From Minisyncoccota bacterium (GTDB lineage Bacteria; Patescibacteriota; Microgenomatia; PFEM01; JAFGMK01), in assembly GCA_016927565.1 (NCBI GenBank), contig JAFGMK010000024.1, positions 6,105-70,104 on the forward strand: a stretch of 64,000 nucleotides of DNA, given 5' to 3'. The position numbers and the translations under genes were made by a program. Shown here piece by piece: positions 1-9,570 of this stretch. The notes under the pieces are model-generated. The model had not been told where the DNA came from. It ran no database searches and saw only the letters and a list, made by a program, of their open reading frames with translations. Each line of letters begins with the position of its first letter. Position 1 is the first letter of the stretch.

Positions 1-293
1 AAAGCTAAACCAACATCCCAATCACCCTTCTTAGCTCCTCCGGCAAAAACCTGAAGATCTTTGGCTTTAACCTCGAAACCGGCTTTTTTCAAAGCTTCAA
101 AAAAAGGCTGTTCCTGCTCTATATCAGCCTGAATCACATAAGCAATCGCCCGCACCAAATCCCGACCGTTGACAACATCTTTTAAAACCTGGCCAAAATT
201 AACATAGGCTCCATAAAGATTTTTAGCCGAATGATAGAGGTTTGAAACATCAACAAAAACCCCTATCCGCTGTCTGAGATTTTGCTCTTTCAT
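1..293 (-). CDS. NYN domain (LabA/DUF88) protein, runs off the window edge
   Basis: Manual translation from ATG at 293: MKEQNLRQRIGVFVDVSNLYHSA...AIAY...KKGDWDVGLA; contains the DxxN and KGxD PIN-like NYN motifs. Not in the ORF track. Confidence 0.85.
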   Translation of the reverse strand, partial: MKEQNLRQRIGVFVDVSNLYHSAKNLYGAYVNFGQVLKDVVNGRDLVRAIAYVIQADIEQEQPFFEALKKAGFEVKAKDLQVFAGGAKKGDWDVGLA

Positions 294-334
294 GGGTCAA
301 TTATATCATTGTCAAGCTAAAAGAAGCAAAAAAT

Positions 335-1618
335 TCACTCTTCCCCTCCAGTTATTCTCTCTTGGGCCAGAGCTTCTTCAACAACCCCTCTTTTATCGGG
401 ATAATCAACCAGAACGCAAACCGGATAACAACCTTCATTGGCAATCGGTACCAAAACCTGCTCAGGCATCAATCCCCCATTTAAAAAACCTTCCTCTTTC
501 CAAATATAAGAAAGACCGAACACAAGACCCCTTTTAGGAATCAAAATAAGATTCAAGTTCAGACTTTTTTCAGGTTGATGTTTGCTAAACTTTGCTAACA
601 ACAGTTCATCATGGCCCGGACCCAGGGAAAAAAGCACTTCCCAAAGGGCTAATCGCGGCTGATCGACTGACGGATAAGTCGTTCTCAATGAATCCAAAAC
701 CGTTAAGCCCGAATCATCTCCGGCCACCAGCCCCAATTGAGGAAAACCCGGCTCAGTCAAAGCTTTGCCTTTTAGCAGCTTAGGAAAACTTAAATCTACC
801 CGATGTTTAACTACCGAATTGTCCGCTCCCGGCCCCGGCCAGTTTAGTAAAAAAGGCCGGGACAAAGAAACCGGCCGGGAAGATTGGACAGCGGCAGTTT
901 TTGGACCGTCCATCGGCCGGCTCGCTTCGCCGGCTATCAAACACCGATCTGGAAGTGTCAACTGGCTAACAAGAGAATAATAATCGGGGAAATTTATTTC
1001 ATCATCAGGCCCCTCAGCCCAATGGGTCAAAATCGCCCGGCCCAGATTCCTCCAGTCTTGCCAAAACCGGGAAAGGGAATAAAAACCTTTTTCCCTCCCC
1101 TCGCCTCTCTGCCAAAGCTGAGAAAGAGAAAAAAACCCTCCTGGCATTTCCCGGCCTTCCTGTAAAAATTGACAGGCAGCCTTCAAAAGACGATCGGTCC
1201 AGCGAGTTAAAACCGAAAATTGCTCTCCCTTCCATTGAGCCTTAAAGGACCAGGGTTCGGTAGTAAAATTAAAATCCGGCGGAGAAAAATATCTGTCAAA
1301 AACACTTTTTTCTGAAAAAGAATGAGTGAGGTTTTCTTGCAGAATTTGAGCTATCTGTTCGCTCCCGCCTCCTGCTGCCGCCGCTCTCCACAAACGCCTG
1401 AATGTAAAAAATTCCGTTTCTGTCACATGAGTTATTGCCATTAATTCGGTCATTAACGCCGACTCAGCCAGAGGATCGCCTCGCCGTTCGTCAAACGAAT
1501 CAGCCACAAACGATGCCTCAGAAAGATTTTGCGCGGAAACCTCAATCGTTATTACTTTCCCATAAAAATCAGTCAACCGGGTCTTAACTGGTTCGATTTT
1601 TAATTCTTTTTCAGCCAT
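335..1618 (-). CDS. hypothetical protein (427 aa)
   Basis: Long ORF with no recognisable motif; short internal duplication GFFSLSQLWQ/GFYSLSRFWQ. Confidence 0.7.
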   Translation of the reverse strand: MAEKELKIEPVKTRLTDFYGKVITIEVSAQNLSEASFVADSFDERRGDPLAESALMTELMAITHVTETEFFTFRRLWRAAAAGGGSEQIAQILQENLTHSFSEKSVFDRYFSPPDFNFTTEPWSFKAQWKGEQFSVLTRWTDRLLKAACQFLQEGREMPGGFFSLSQLWQRGEGREKGFYSLSRFWQDWRNLGRAILTHWAEGPDDEINFPDYYSLVSQLTLPDRCLIAGEASRPMDGPKTAAVQSSRPVSLSRPFLLNWPGPGADNSVVKHRVDLSFPKLLKGKALTEPGFPQLGLVAGDDSGLTVLDSLRTTYPSVDQPRLALWEVLFSLGPGHDELLLAKFSKHQPEKSLNLNLILIPKRGLVFGLSYIWKEEGFLNGGLMPEQVLVPIANEGCYPVCVLVDYPDKRGVVEEALAQERITGGEE

Positions 1619-1680
1619 AGCGGCAAATGGAAAATCAAAAACGAAGGCAATAAAAAGCCAAAAACTAATTAATAAATTAG

Positions 1681-2484
1681 CTAACTTTTCTCAAGTTCAC
1701 TATCGATAATTGATTTAAAGCTTTGATAGGGTTGAGCGCCAACCAGCATCTGGCCATTGATAAAAAAGGTTGGCGTTCCGCTAACCCCCATCTCCCGGCC
1801 CAGCGATGCCTCTTCGCTTTCTTTGGCGCTGAAATCCTTCTCAAGACAACGATCGAACTCAGACCGGTTCAAATCCACCCCTTGACTTAAGACCTGAAGC
1901 GCGGCTTTATTTCCCACTTCATCCTGATTGGCATAAACCACTTTTTTCATCTCCCAACCCTTGCCCTGTTCGGCCGCACACCAGATTATCTTCATTGCCT
2001 CCATACCGGCACCATGACCGGGAAAATAATGAAAAACCAGCCTCACTAAACCCTTTTCAAGATATTCCTTTTCAATCTGAGGCAAGGGCGCTTCCCAACC
2101 GGGAATTCTTGATTTAAGGCTTTCAATTACTTGCTGATTTCCCCCTGCCGCTGCAGCACAGTAAGGACAAGAAGGATCAGAGAATTCAACAATAACCACT
2201 CCCGCCTCGGCACTGCCTTTAACTATTGCCGACTCCTCGATCTTAATTCGAGACTGGACCCCTAAACTGTCTTCTTCTCCCTGCTCCGGCTGACTTGACC
2301 CCGGGGTCGAGGTCGGTCTGGCCGCGAGATCAACTGCCGGTTCTTGATTTTGACCGGTTTCGGAATTCCTGAACTTGGTATATAAAGAGCCGCCCCAAAA
2401 AGCGGCCAGCAGCAAAAGGAAAATCAAAACCGGCGTCGCCAGCTTTGATATATTTCCGGATTCTTCTTTATTTTCCTTAAGCAT
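1681..2484 (-). CDS. DsbA-family thioredoxin-fold protein with N-terminal membrane anchor
   Basis: EFSDPSCPYC active site, GVSGTPTFFING cis-Pro loop, N-terminal TM segment. Confidence 0.9.
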   Translation of the reverse strand: MLKENKEESGNISKLATPVLIFLLLLAAFWGGSLYTKFRNSETGQNQEPAVDLAARPTSTPGSSQPEQGEEDSLGVQSRIKIEESAIVKGSAEAGVVIVEFSDPSCPYCAAAAGGNQQVIESLKSRIPGWEAPLPQIEKEYLEKGLVRLVFHYFPGHGAGMEAMKIIWCAAEQGKGWEMKKVVYANQDEVGNKAALQVLSQGVDLNRSEFDRCLEKDFSAKESEEASLGREMGVSGTPTFFINGQMLVGAQPYQSFKSIIDSELEKS

Positions 2485-2589
2485 TAATTTTTCCGCCTTT
2501 AAACCAATTAATAAAACGTTTTTTTGATTGCTTAATCAAGGGAACACTTGGCCTTATTTTCTATTGAATCCGTATTTCTCCGGTGGTTA

Positions 2590-2781
2590 TTACTTTTCTT
2601 CCCAACTGATCGCCTTCACCGGACAAGAATCAATCGCACTCTGAATAACAGCCTGGTCATCTCCTGCCGGATCAATCGGCTTTGATTTGCCTTTTTCATC
2701 CATTTCAAAGCTCTCGGGAGCCAAAGCAACACAAGCTCCGCAACCGATACAGGTTTTTTTGTCAACCTTAACTTTTTTCAT
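2590..2781 (-). CDS. ferredoxin (single Fe-S cluster)
   Basis: CIGCGAC...SCPVKAI in a 63-aa protein. Confidence 0.92.
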   Translation of the reverse strand: MKKVKVDKKTCIGCGACVALAPESFEMDEKGKSKPIDPAGDDQAVIQSAIDSCPVKAISWEEK

Positions 2782-2821
2782 ATGCGGGTATCATACTAAA
2801 ACCAACGGGATTAATCAAGTT

Positions 2822-4114
2822 TCAACTTCCCCGTATTTTCATTGCCCCAACCACTCTTTCCAGCGCTAGAGCGTAAGCCGCCATCCGGGGAGTAACCTTA
2901 AGAGTTTGATAATTCTGCCAAAAATCAAGAAAGGCCCTGACCATGATCTTTTTTAATTTAGCTAAAACCTCTGCCTTCTCCCAATAATATCCCTGTAAAT
3001 TCTGCACCCATTCAAAATAAGAAACCGTCACCCCGCCGCAATTGGCCAAAACATCAGGAATCACCAGAATCTTTCTTTGGTGTAAAACCTCATCCGCCTC
3101 AGGCGTCGTCGGGCCATTGGCCATTTCAAGCACTACTTTGGCTTTTATTCTGGCAGCGTTATTTTTAGTGATCACATTCTCCAAAGCCGCCGGCACCAAA
3201 ACATAACAATCAGTTTTCAATAACTGATCATTGGTAATTGTTTTTGTTCCCGGGAAACCAACTACCGACCCTGTCTTCTTCTTCCACCTCATCACCCTCT
3301 CCACCTCTAAATATCTCCCTCTTCCGTTTTCCGGCTTCTGTTTTCCGATTATTCCTCCTCTTGAGTCTGAAAGTGATACAATCTTAAAACCTGCTTTTTG
3401 AGCCAATCTGGCAAAATGATAGCCAACATTCCCAAAGCCCTGCACGGCAATTTTTAATTTTTCTTTTCTGATTTTTAATTTTTGGGCCAGTGAAGCAAGA
3501 ATATACACCCCGCCCAAACCGGTCGCCTCTTCTCTTCCCTGGCTTCCTCCCAAAACCAAAGGCTTTCCGGTAAATGACGCTAAAGGATTTGCTCCCAAAT
3601 TTCCCCATCTCCGCATCTTGCGTTTGGCGTTTTGCCTTTTTATATACTCATCGGCCATCCAGGCCATAATTTGACTGTTAGTATTCACATCCGGTGCCGG
3701 AATATCTGTCCAGGGTCCGATAAATGGCGACAATTTTCTCACGTAAGCTCTTGATAAACGTTCCAACTCTCCCGGACTTAGCTTTTTCGGATCGCAAATT
3801 ATCCCTCCCTTAGCCCCTCCGTAAGGAATACCGGCTATCGCACATTTCCAAGTCATCCACATTGAAAGTGCTTTCACTTCTGATTCGTTAACTTGAGGAT
3901 GAAATCTTATCCCGCCCTTATATGGTCCACGGGCACTGTTATGCTGACTCCGGAAAGCCCTAAAAACTTTAATTTTACCATTATCTAATTTTAATTTTAT
4001 ATCAAACTTATGAAGTGTTTCTGGTAACTTTAGTTGTTCAATTATTTCTTTATTCAAATCTAATAATTCAGCTATCTGATTTAACTGGAAAACAGCATTT
4101 TTATAAGGATTCAT
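2822..4114 (-). CDS. gdhA: Glu/Leu/Phe/Val dehydrogenase (glutamate dehydrogenase)
   Basis: GPYKGGIRF, GGAKGG, DIPAPDVNT, QGFGNVG, EMANGP, GGVTVSYFEWVQN. Confidence 0.93.
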   Translation of the reverse strand: MNPYKNAVFQLNQIAELLDLNKEIIEQLKLPETLHKFDIKLKLDNGKIKVFRAFRSQHNSARGPYKGGIRFHPQVNESEVKALSMWMTWKCAIAGIPYGGAKGGIICDPKKLSPGELERLSRAYVRKLSPFIGPWTDIPAPDVNTNSQIMAWMADEYIKRQNAKRKMRRWGNLGANPLASFTGKPLVLGGSQGREEATGLGGVYILASLAQKLKIRKEKLKIAVQGFGNVGYHFARLAQKAGFKIVSLSDSRGGIIGKQKPENGRGRYLEVERVMRWKKKTGSVVGFPGTKTITNDQLLKTDCYVLVPAALENVITKNNAARIKAKVVLEMANGPTTPEADEVLHQRKILVIPDVLANCGGVTVSYFEWVQNLQGYYWEKAEVLAKLKKIMVRAFLDFWQNYQTLKVTPRMAAYALALERVVGAMKIRGS

Positions 4115-4121
4115 TTAAAAA

Positions 4122-5087
4122 TCAAGCTCCTCTTTGCAAAGGAGCCTGCTCTTTTCTCAAATATTGATAAGCCGAGGCCGCCGCCACCGCACCCATTGCC
4201 TGAACGGTAACTACTTGCTGAAAAGTCGGCCGAAAATCTGTTAAATCGCCAGCGGCAAAAATACCGGCGACATTTGTTCTCATTTGCTGATCGACTTTGA
4301 CAAAGCCGGCCTCATTCAAAGCCACCTTAATTATTTTGGCCAGACTGGTTCCCGGAATTCCTCCAATCTCAATAAAAACTCCATCCAGGGTTAACTCACG
4401 ACTATCCTCGTGGGGACGATCAAGCATTACTTTTCTGACCACCTTATCACCTTCAATTTTCAGAACATTGGTATTATAGATCGTTTTTATCCTGGGATTA
4501 GCGATCGCCTGCTCGACCCAAATCGGCTCCGCCCTCAACTTGTCTTTCCGATAAATCAAATAAACTTTTCGGGCAAACTCAGCTGTATGAACCGCTCCGG
4601 AAACCGCTCCGTCTGACCCCCCCACCAAGGCAACCGTCTTGCCTTTAAAAAAAGGGGCATCGCAAGTGGTACAGTAGCTTACTCCCCGTCCCAAAAATTC
4701 CTCTTCTCCGGGAATTCCAAGTTTCCGGCGCGTGGTTCCGGTTGCCAAGATTAATGTTTTGCCCAAATAGCTTTTCCCCAAATCGGTCGTGACTTGGAAA
4801 AAACCCTCGGCTGTCTTTTTGATATCCTCAGCCGGATCATAAAAAACTTCGGCTCCTAACCTTTCAACCTGAACCTCCATCTTCTGCATTAATTCCAATC
4901 CGGAAATGGAAACAAAACCCGGATAATTTTCGACTTTATGAGCCAATCCAATAGTTCCTCCGGCCTGCTTACCTAAAACCAGGTTTCTCATTTTGTAACG
5001 ACTGGCATAAATCGAAGCGGTCAATCCTGCCGGGCCAGAACCGATAATAATCAGATCATAAACAAATTTAGAAGTGCTTTTTTTCAT
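4122..5087 (-). CDS. trxB: thioredoxin-disulfide reductase
   Basis: GSGPAG FAD motif, GRGVSYCTTCD, GIFAAGD; adjacent to thioredoxin. Confidence 0.9.
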   Translation of the reverse strand: MKKSTSKFVYDLIIIGSGPAGLTASIYASRYKMRNLVLGKQAGGTIGLAHKVENYPGFVSISGLELMQKMEVQVERLGAEVFYDPAEDIKKTAEGFFQVTTDLGKSYLGKTLILATGTTRRKLGIPGEEEFLGRGVSYCTTCDAPFFKGKTVALVGGSDGAVSGAVHTAEFARKVYLIYRKDKLRAEPIWVEQAIANPRIKTIYNTNVLKIEGDKVVRKVMLDRPHEDSRELTLDGVFIEIGGIPGTSLAKIIKVALNEAGFVKVDQQMRTNVAGIFAAGDLTDFRPTFQQVVTVQAMGAVAAASAYQYLRKEQAPLQRGA

Positions 5088-5404
5088 TAAATCGCTTCTT
5101 CTATCAACTTCCTATACCCTTCTTTTCCGGGAAAACCCACCGATCGCTTTATCTCCTCACCTTGTTTAAAAATCAGCACTGTCGGAATACTCATCACCTG
5201 ATGCTTCTTGGCTATCTCCGGATTCTGATCAATATCCAGCTTTCCTACTTTGAGTTTACCTTCGTATTCTTTGGCCAGCTCCTCAATTACCGGCCCAGCC
5301 ATTTGGCAGGGGCCGCACCAAACCGCAAAAAAATCAACCAGAACCGGCAAATCAGCCTCTTCAACTTCTTTATTAAAATTTTCGTCATTTAAAATTAACA
5401 TCAC
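5087..5404 (-). CDS. trxA: thioredoxin
   Basis: WCGPC, SIPT; AAGGAGG SD upstream. Confidence 0.95.
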   Translation of the reverse strand: MMLILNDENFNKEVEEADLPVLVDFFAVWCGPCQMAGPVIEELAKEYEGKLKVGKLDIDQNPEIAKKHQVMSIPTVLIFKQGEEIKRSVGFPGKEGYRKLIEEAI

Positions 5405-5538
5405 AAACCTCCTTTCACGACTATCTTAGTTTTTACCATCTTCTTTGGCTGTAATCAAGCCTACAAATGTTTATCCCCTAAAGTGAAAATCAAAAAAACG
5501 AAGATACCGGCTTCAGCTTTTAGCCTTTGGCCTTCTAA

Positions 5539-6078
5539 TCAAATTAACATCCAGGAAAAAAGAAGGAAAAAAAGAACCATTCCCAAATAGTAAAAGGCTT
5601 CTATTTTGGAAGAGCGTTTAATCCGCACCTGCCAAAACCAATTAGCCAGACTACTTCCATTGGCCAAAAGCATTCCTTGATTAATCAAAGAGTATAAAAG
5701 CATCGCCATCACCAACCCTTTGCCAAAAAGGGAATTAGTTGAGGAAACGGCAAAAAAAGATACCGCCAGCAGAGTGGCCTGAAAAACAACTGAATGGCCA
5801 ACCAATCTTTTCCTTTCACCGCAAGTATCAGTTAATAAGGCAAATGCTTCTTTAAAACGACGCTGTGTAGTTAACTGCCTGAATCTAACAGCCGTTTCTC
5901 CTTCAGGATTTTGCCAAAGAAGATAGGTTACATGATCAAGATTGTATATTAACAATCCCAAAAAACCACCCAGCCATAAAAATACTAATTGCCAATGAAA
6001 CTGCCAGCGAAGCAGAGTAATCAGGCAAAGATAACCAATCAGAAAAGCAGAATAAACCGGCGCATTCTTTTTAAACAT
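5539..6078 (-). CDS. membrane protein, resembles metal-dependent membrane hydrolases (YdjM-like)
   Basis: Several TM segments; NLDH and GHS resemble the PDxDH/THS motifs; third His motif absent. Confidence 0.5.
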   Translation of the reverse strand: MFKKNAPVYSAFLIGYLCLITLLRWQFHWQLVFLWLGGFLGLLIYNLDHVTYLLWQNPEGETAVRFRQLTTQRRFKEAFALLTDTCGERKRLVGHSVVFQATLLAVSFFAVSSTNSLFGKGLVMAMLLYSLINQGMLLANGSSLANWFWQVRIKRSSKIEAFYYLGMVLFFLLFSWMLI

Positions 6079-6301
6079 TTTTCTTTCGTTCTCTTTTTTT
6101 ATTTTTACAACATTTATTGCCTTCTGTCCAGCCCCTTAACACCTCCGGAGTATCTGTCTATTCCACTCCCGGGGTAAAGATTTTATTCTTTGATCGGGGA
6201 TTTTTTTAATCTCCGTTGCCCGCGGGTATAAGCAGCCTTGTGTAACCCCTCTGGCTTGACGCTTATACCGAGGCTGATTTTACAAAACTTTAACGCCGTC
6301 C

Positions 6302-6362
6302 GCTTGAGTCTAACCTTACTGAAAACTAGTCAATCAGGCACAAAGAAACTGAGTTTTCTGAG
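6302..6362. repeat. 61-bp direct repeat, copy 1 (promoter-like on the minus strand)
   Basis: 55/61 identical to 7526-7586 by manual alignment; last 27 nt identical. Confidence 0.92.
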
Positions 6363-6408
6363 TGGATAAAAACAAATCAACGCTTCAAACTTAAAGAAGT
6401 CAAATTAA

Positions 6409-7383
6409 TCAAACAGCCGACAATTTGTCAAGCAAAGATCGTCCCCGGTCATGTTCCAGAATAAAACAGTGCCCGGTGATCGCCTCCGGCGGAATAAAGC
6501 CCAAAACCATCCGCCCGTCTTCAAGAAGACCTTCGTCAGGCGCTTTTATTAATTCTCTGACCGGTAAATGAATCTTAAAAAGACAGTTGCCAAAAAATCT
6601 TCCCCTCCTCCTTTTAAGATAATCCGGGGTGGTCATTCCCATTCCCAAGTCAAAAGGACTGGACTGCCTAAATTCCCCTGAAGTATACCTGGAACACAAA
6701 AGACCGATCGGCGAAACCGGCGCCTGCCTTATTAGCCATGCCAAGCCAACTTCCGGCTCAAATCTCCTTGCCAGACAGCCTCCGACTTTCCAGTGGAAAT
6801 CAATCGTTCGATAAGCCAAATTCTCAATCTTAAGATATTTTTCTAAACCGCCGGGTATTAAACCATATTTTCTGATGAGTTCTGCTTTTTCGTCAGTTTG
6901 CTCCAGCCACTCACCCCGATAAACCGTCTCCGACCCGTCACCCGAACTGATTCCCGCCAATGCTTTTTCCCAGGCATCCTGTCTTTCGGAAAACCGGCCA
7001 AAAATATGCTTCACTCCCCGCCAATCCCCGGCATGAATTGTTAATAATTCCGGATATTGAAGCTGGATTCTTCTTTGATCTTTTTCATCTATCTTGGCCT
7101 CCGCCAACCATCTGTCTAAAAATATCTGCGCCCGAACTGCCACTCCAATTTGTTGCACCGTCATCGGAAAACTCAAAATGAGCCGCGCCGCCTCGGCTGC
7201 CAAATCCCTTATCTGTCCCTCATCTTCTCCGAGATACATCTTCTCAACAATCTGCCGGACCATTCTCCATCTATCGGCTAGGGAAATTGTTTCTTCTTTA
7301 CCCCATCGTTTCAGCCGCTGTGCTTCAGTTGCGGCCAGTTTATAATTTGTCTCCCAAACTTCCGGTCCGTCTTTTATCTTCAT
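6409..7383 (-). CDS. hypothetical protein with a putative C-terminal ADP-ribosyltransferase fold
   Basis: TVYRGE...IRKYGLIPGG...GMTT...LFKIHLP...E..RMVLGFIPPEAI follows the strand order of R-S-E-clade ART domains. Confidence 0.55.
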   Translation of the reverse strand: MKIKDGPEVWETNYKLAATEAQRLKRWGKEETISLADRWRMVRQIVEKMYLGEDEGQIRDLAAEAARLILSFPMTVQQIGVAVRAQIFLDRWLAEAKIDEKDQRRIQLQYPELLTIHAGDWRGVKHIFGRFSERQDAWEKALAGISSGDGSETVYRGEWLEQTDEKAELIRKYGLIPGGLEKYLKIENLAYRTIDFHWKVGGCLARRFEPEVGLAWLIRQAPVSPIGLLCSRYTSGEFRQSSPFDLGMGMTTPDYLKRRRGRFFGNCLFKIHLPVRELIKAPDEGLLEDGRMVLGFIPPEAITGHCFILEHDRGRSLLDKLSAV

Positions 7384-7525
7384 GTTCCCCAGCTTCCTTT
7401 TAAAAAAAACATATCAAGCGGCTTTCCGCTCTCCTGCCCCCACAAGACCGCCCTTTGTAACTTTTCGTTCGAAATTTAAGTCAAACTGACTGCGGGTATT
7501 ATTTTAAAGAAACGGAGTTCTCTCT

Positions 7526-7586
7526 GCTTGAGATTAACCTTACGAAAAACTAGTCATTTAGGCACAAAGAAACTGAGTTTTCTGAG
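7526..7586. repeat. 61-bp direct repeat, copy 2
   Basis: Matches 6302-6362, offset 1224 bp. Confidence 0.92.
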
Positions 7587-7621
7587 CAGATTTCTTGAAG
7601 TGGAGAAAAAGAAAGCTCAAA

Positions 7622-9520
7622 CTAACCCCAAAGTTCCCTCGTCAATTCAACATTTCTCGGATGAGTCAGAGTCGCCAGAGTTTCATCATCAAGATCATGA
7701 AGCCTTTGCCTAATAAAGGAGCTGTGAACATCCGACAAGGAGCCCATTAAAAAAACAGCCTGAACGCCATTATCAAAAACCCGGCCCATAACCGGAATCG
7801 CTTGATAAGCAGTTCCCAGCTCGCCCATTTGCAAATTTAAAACTGTCCGGATTCCATTTAGAAATTCGTGCCCTTGCGGTTCTGTTTCTTCGGTATAAAT
7901 GCCCCTAGCCCGATCAAGAGCATCAGTTCCCGTCAACCGACCCAAAGAAACAGTCAGACCCCGATCTTTAAATGCCTGACAATGAGCCAACAGCTTATCA
8001 GCTGTTGGCCTGCCGGCATCCCTGGCAGAATACAAAAAAATTCCCGCCTGACCCCTTGTCGCCTGGTGAACCATCTCCCGCCTGATTGCCGCCTTCCGCT
8101 CCAGATGCCTTTTTTCCGGATTGCCCCGATTAACACTAATCCCTACATAAACCGCGCCACCTCCAAACAGACTAGGAAACTGTCGCCCTGCTACCTCCCT
8201 TGCCGCTTCTTCATGGCCAACATGAATCGGCCCAAATTGTCCATGAAAATCAAGCACAGAAACCCCATTTCTGACTGTCCCTACACTGCGGGGTCGTTTA
8301 GTCCTTATCTCATGATCGTCAATCTGACGATTGTGTTTTCTCCAAACCGAATTATCCATCCCTAAAAACCGATAATAAGCCTCACTCCATTCAAAGGTGT
8401 GTAAACCTCGTAAGCGCATCTCTAAAATAAATTGGCCAATTAAAGAATGAGTAAACCCGGATAATTCCCCATCAACACCGCGGACATGAGAATTAAGTTT
8501 TTTAAAACCCCAACCTGCAAATGATTCCACTCCTCTCCCGGGAGAAAACTTAGGAACCAATAATTCCGACGGGGTAAAAGAAGCGCATAAACCCAAAAGA
8601 CTTTCCCTAGACAAAGCCAAAAGACGACGCCTAACCAAAGAACACATTTCTTGAGCCAACATCGCCCGATCAGTCACTGCCAGATTATTTTCCCCTCCCC
8701 TGTCAAGCCTCTCTCCCAAAGCTAAGGCTATTAACGGGATAATATCAGCCACCGAGGTTGATCTCAACGCCCCAACCTCCGAAGAACTTTCAAGAAAAAT
8801 GCCAAAAGTTTCGCTTGCTTTTGCTGCCGCCTGAGCAATCAAAACAAAATCTTGTTTTCGAGAGCCTTCCTCTCTTCCCAACTCTTGAGCACAAGCAGTC
8901 GAAAAATGTTCCAATTGAGCCACGCCATTCCAAGGACTATGCCAAGAAACATCTCTGCCAATCTGTTCCAAAGCCTCAATCCTTCTAAACTCTTCACTTC
9001 CCCAAACTTCACCCCGATCACTTAAATCATGATAAGCTGAATCCGCTAACGAAGAAGGTCCCGATCGAAATCCCTCCAGAGGCTTTATCTCTCCTCCTCT
9101 TAAAAACAAACCGGGGACAAGAACTGGATCAAGAAAGGCTAATCCAGCCAAAGACTGGAACCAACCGGCGATCGTCTCCGCTCTGACTCCCTGATCTAGC
9201 CAAACCCTAACATGCTCCCTGAAAGTCCTTGGTCCAACCGGATCCTTTCGGTTATAACCCATCGAAAAATGGGCAGCCGAACGATGAAGCCTCTCAAAAA
9301 CATTTACATCCGCACGAGAACTAAAAGCCAATGATCTAGTCAATAAACCAAAACCATCGGCCAGTTGAACCGTCAATGTCTGCTCCGGTGATTGTTCAAC
9401 TGCGATTACATACTCAGCAATCCGGCCTAGCCAAGTAGGACTTCTTAAAGCTTCAGGAGAAGCATTCAGGTCGCGAGCGTATCTTGCCAAAAGCAGGTTA
9501 TAACTTTCCGGCCTAGCCAT
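7622..9520 (-). CDS. orphan N-terminal region fused to a HIGH-family nucleotidyltransferase (NadD/NMNAT-like) domain
   Basis: HGQFGPIHVGH (GxFxPxHxGH), NPEK, R..M, LTGTDAL (IxGxD-like), DVHSSFIRQRL (ISSTxIR-like). Confidence 0.7.
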   Translation of the reverse strand: MARPESYNLLLARYARDLNASPEALRSPTWLGRIAEYVIAVEQSPEQTLTVQLADGFGLLTRSLAFSSRADVNVFERLHRSAAHFSMGYNRKDPVGPRTFREHVRVWLDQGVRAETIAGWFQSLAGLAFLDPVLVPGLFLRGGEIKPLEGFRSGPSSLADSAYHDLSDRGEVWGSEEFRRIEALEQIGRDVSWHSPWNGVAQLEHFSTACAQELGREEGSRKQDFVLIAQAAAKASETFGIFLESSSEVGALRSTSVADIIPLIALALGERLDRGGENNLAVTDRAMLAQEMCSLVRRRLLALSRESLLGLCASFTPSELLVPKFSPGRGVESFAGWGFKKLNSHVRGVDGELSGFTHSLIGQFILEMRLRGLHTFEWSEAYYRFLGMDNSVWRKHNRQIDDHEIRTKRPRSVGTVRNGVSVLDFHGQFGPIHVGHEEAAREVAGRQFPSLFGGGAVYVGISVNRGNPEKRHLERKAAIRREMVHQATRGQAGIFLYSARDAGRPTADKLLAHCQAFKDRGLTVSLGRLTGTDALDRARGIYTEETEPQGHEFLNGIRTVLNLQMGELGTAYQAIPVMGRVFDNGVQAVFLMGSLSDVHSSFIRQRLHDLDDETLATLTHPRNVELTRELWG

Positions 9521-9570
9521 AAAAACAAAAAGGGAGCAGTTTTTAATTCCCTTTGGCGAAGTAAACCAAG

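Noticed and set aside
6302-7586. 61-bp repeats as integron attC sites or a CRISPR array
   Set aside because: GTTAGAC is present in one copy, but there is no complementary RYYYAAC box or long palindrome. There are only two copies, 1.2 kb apart, and no cas or intI gene.
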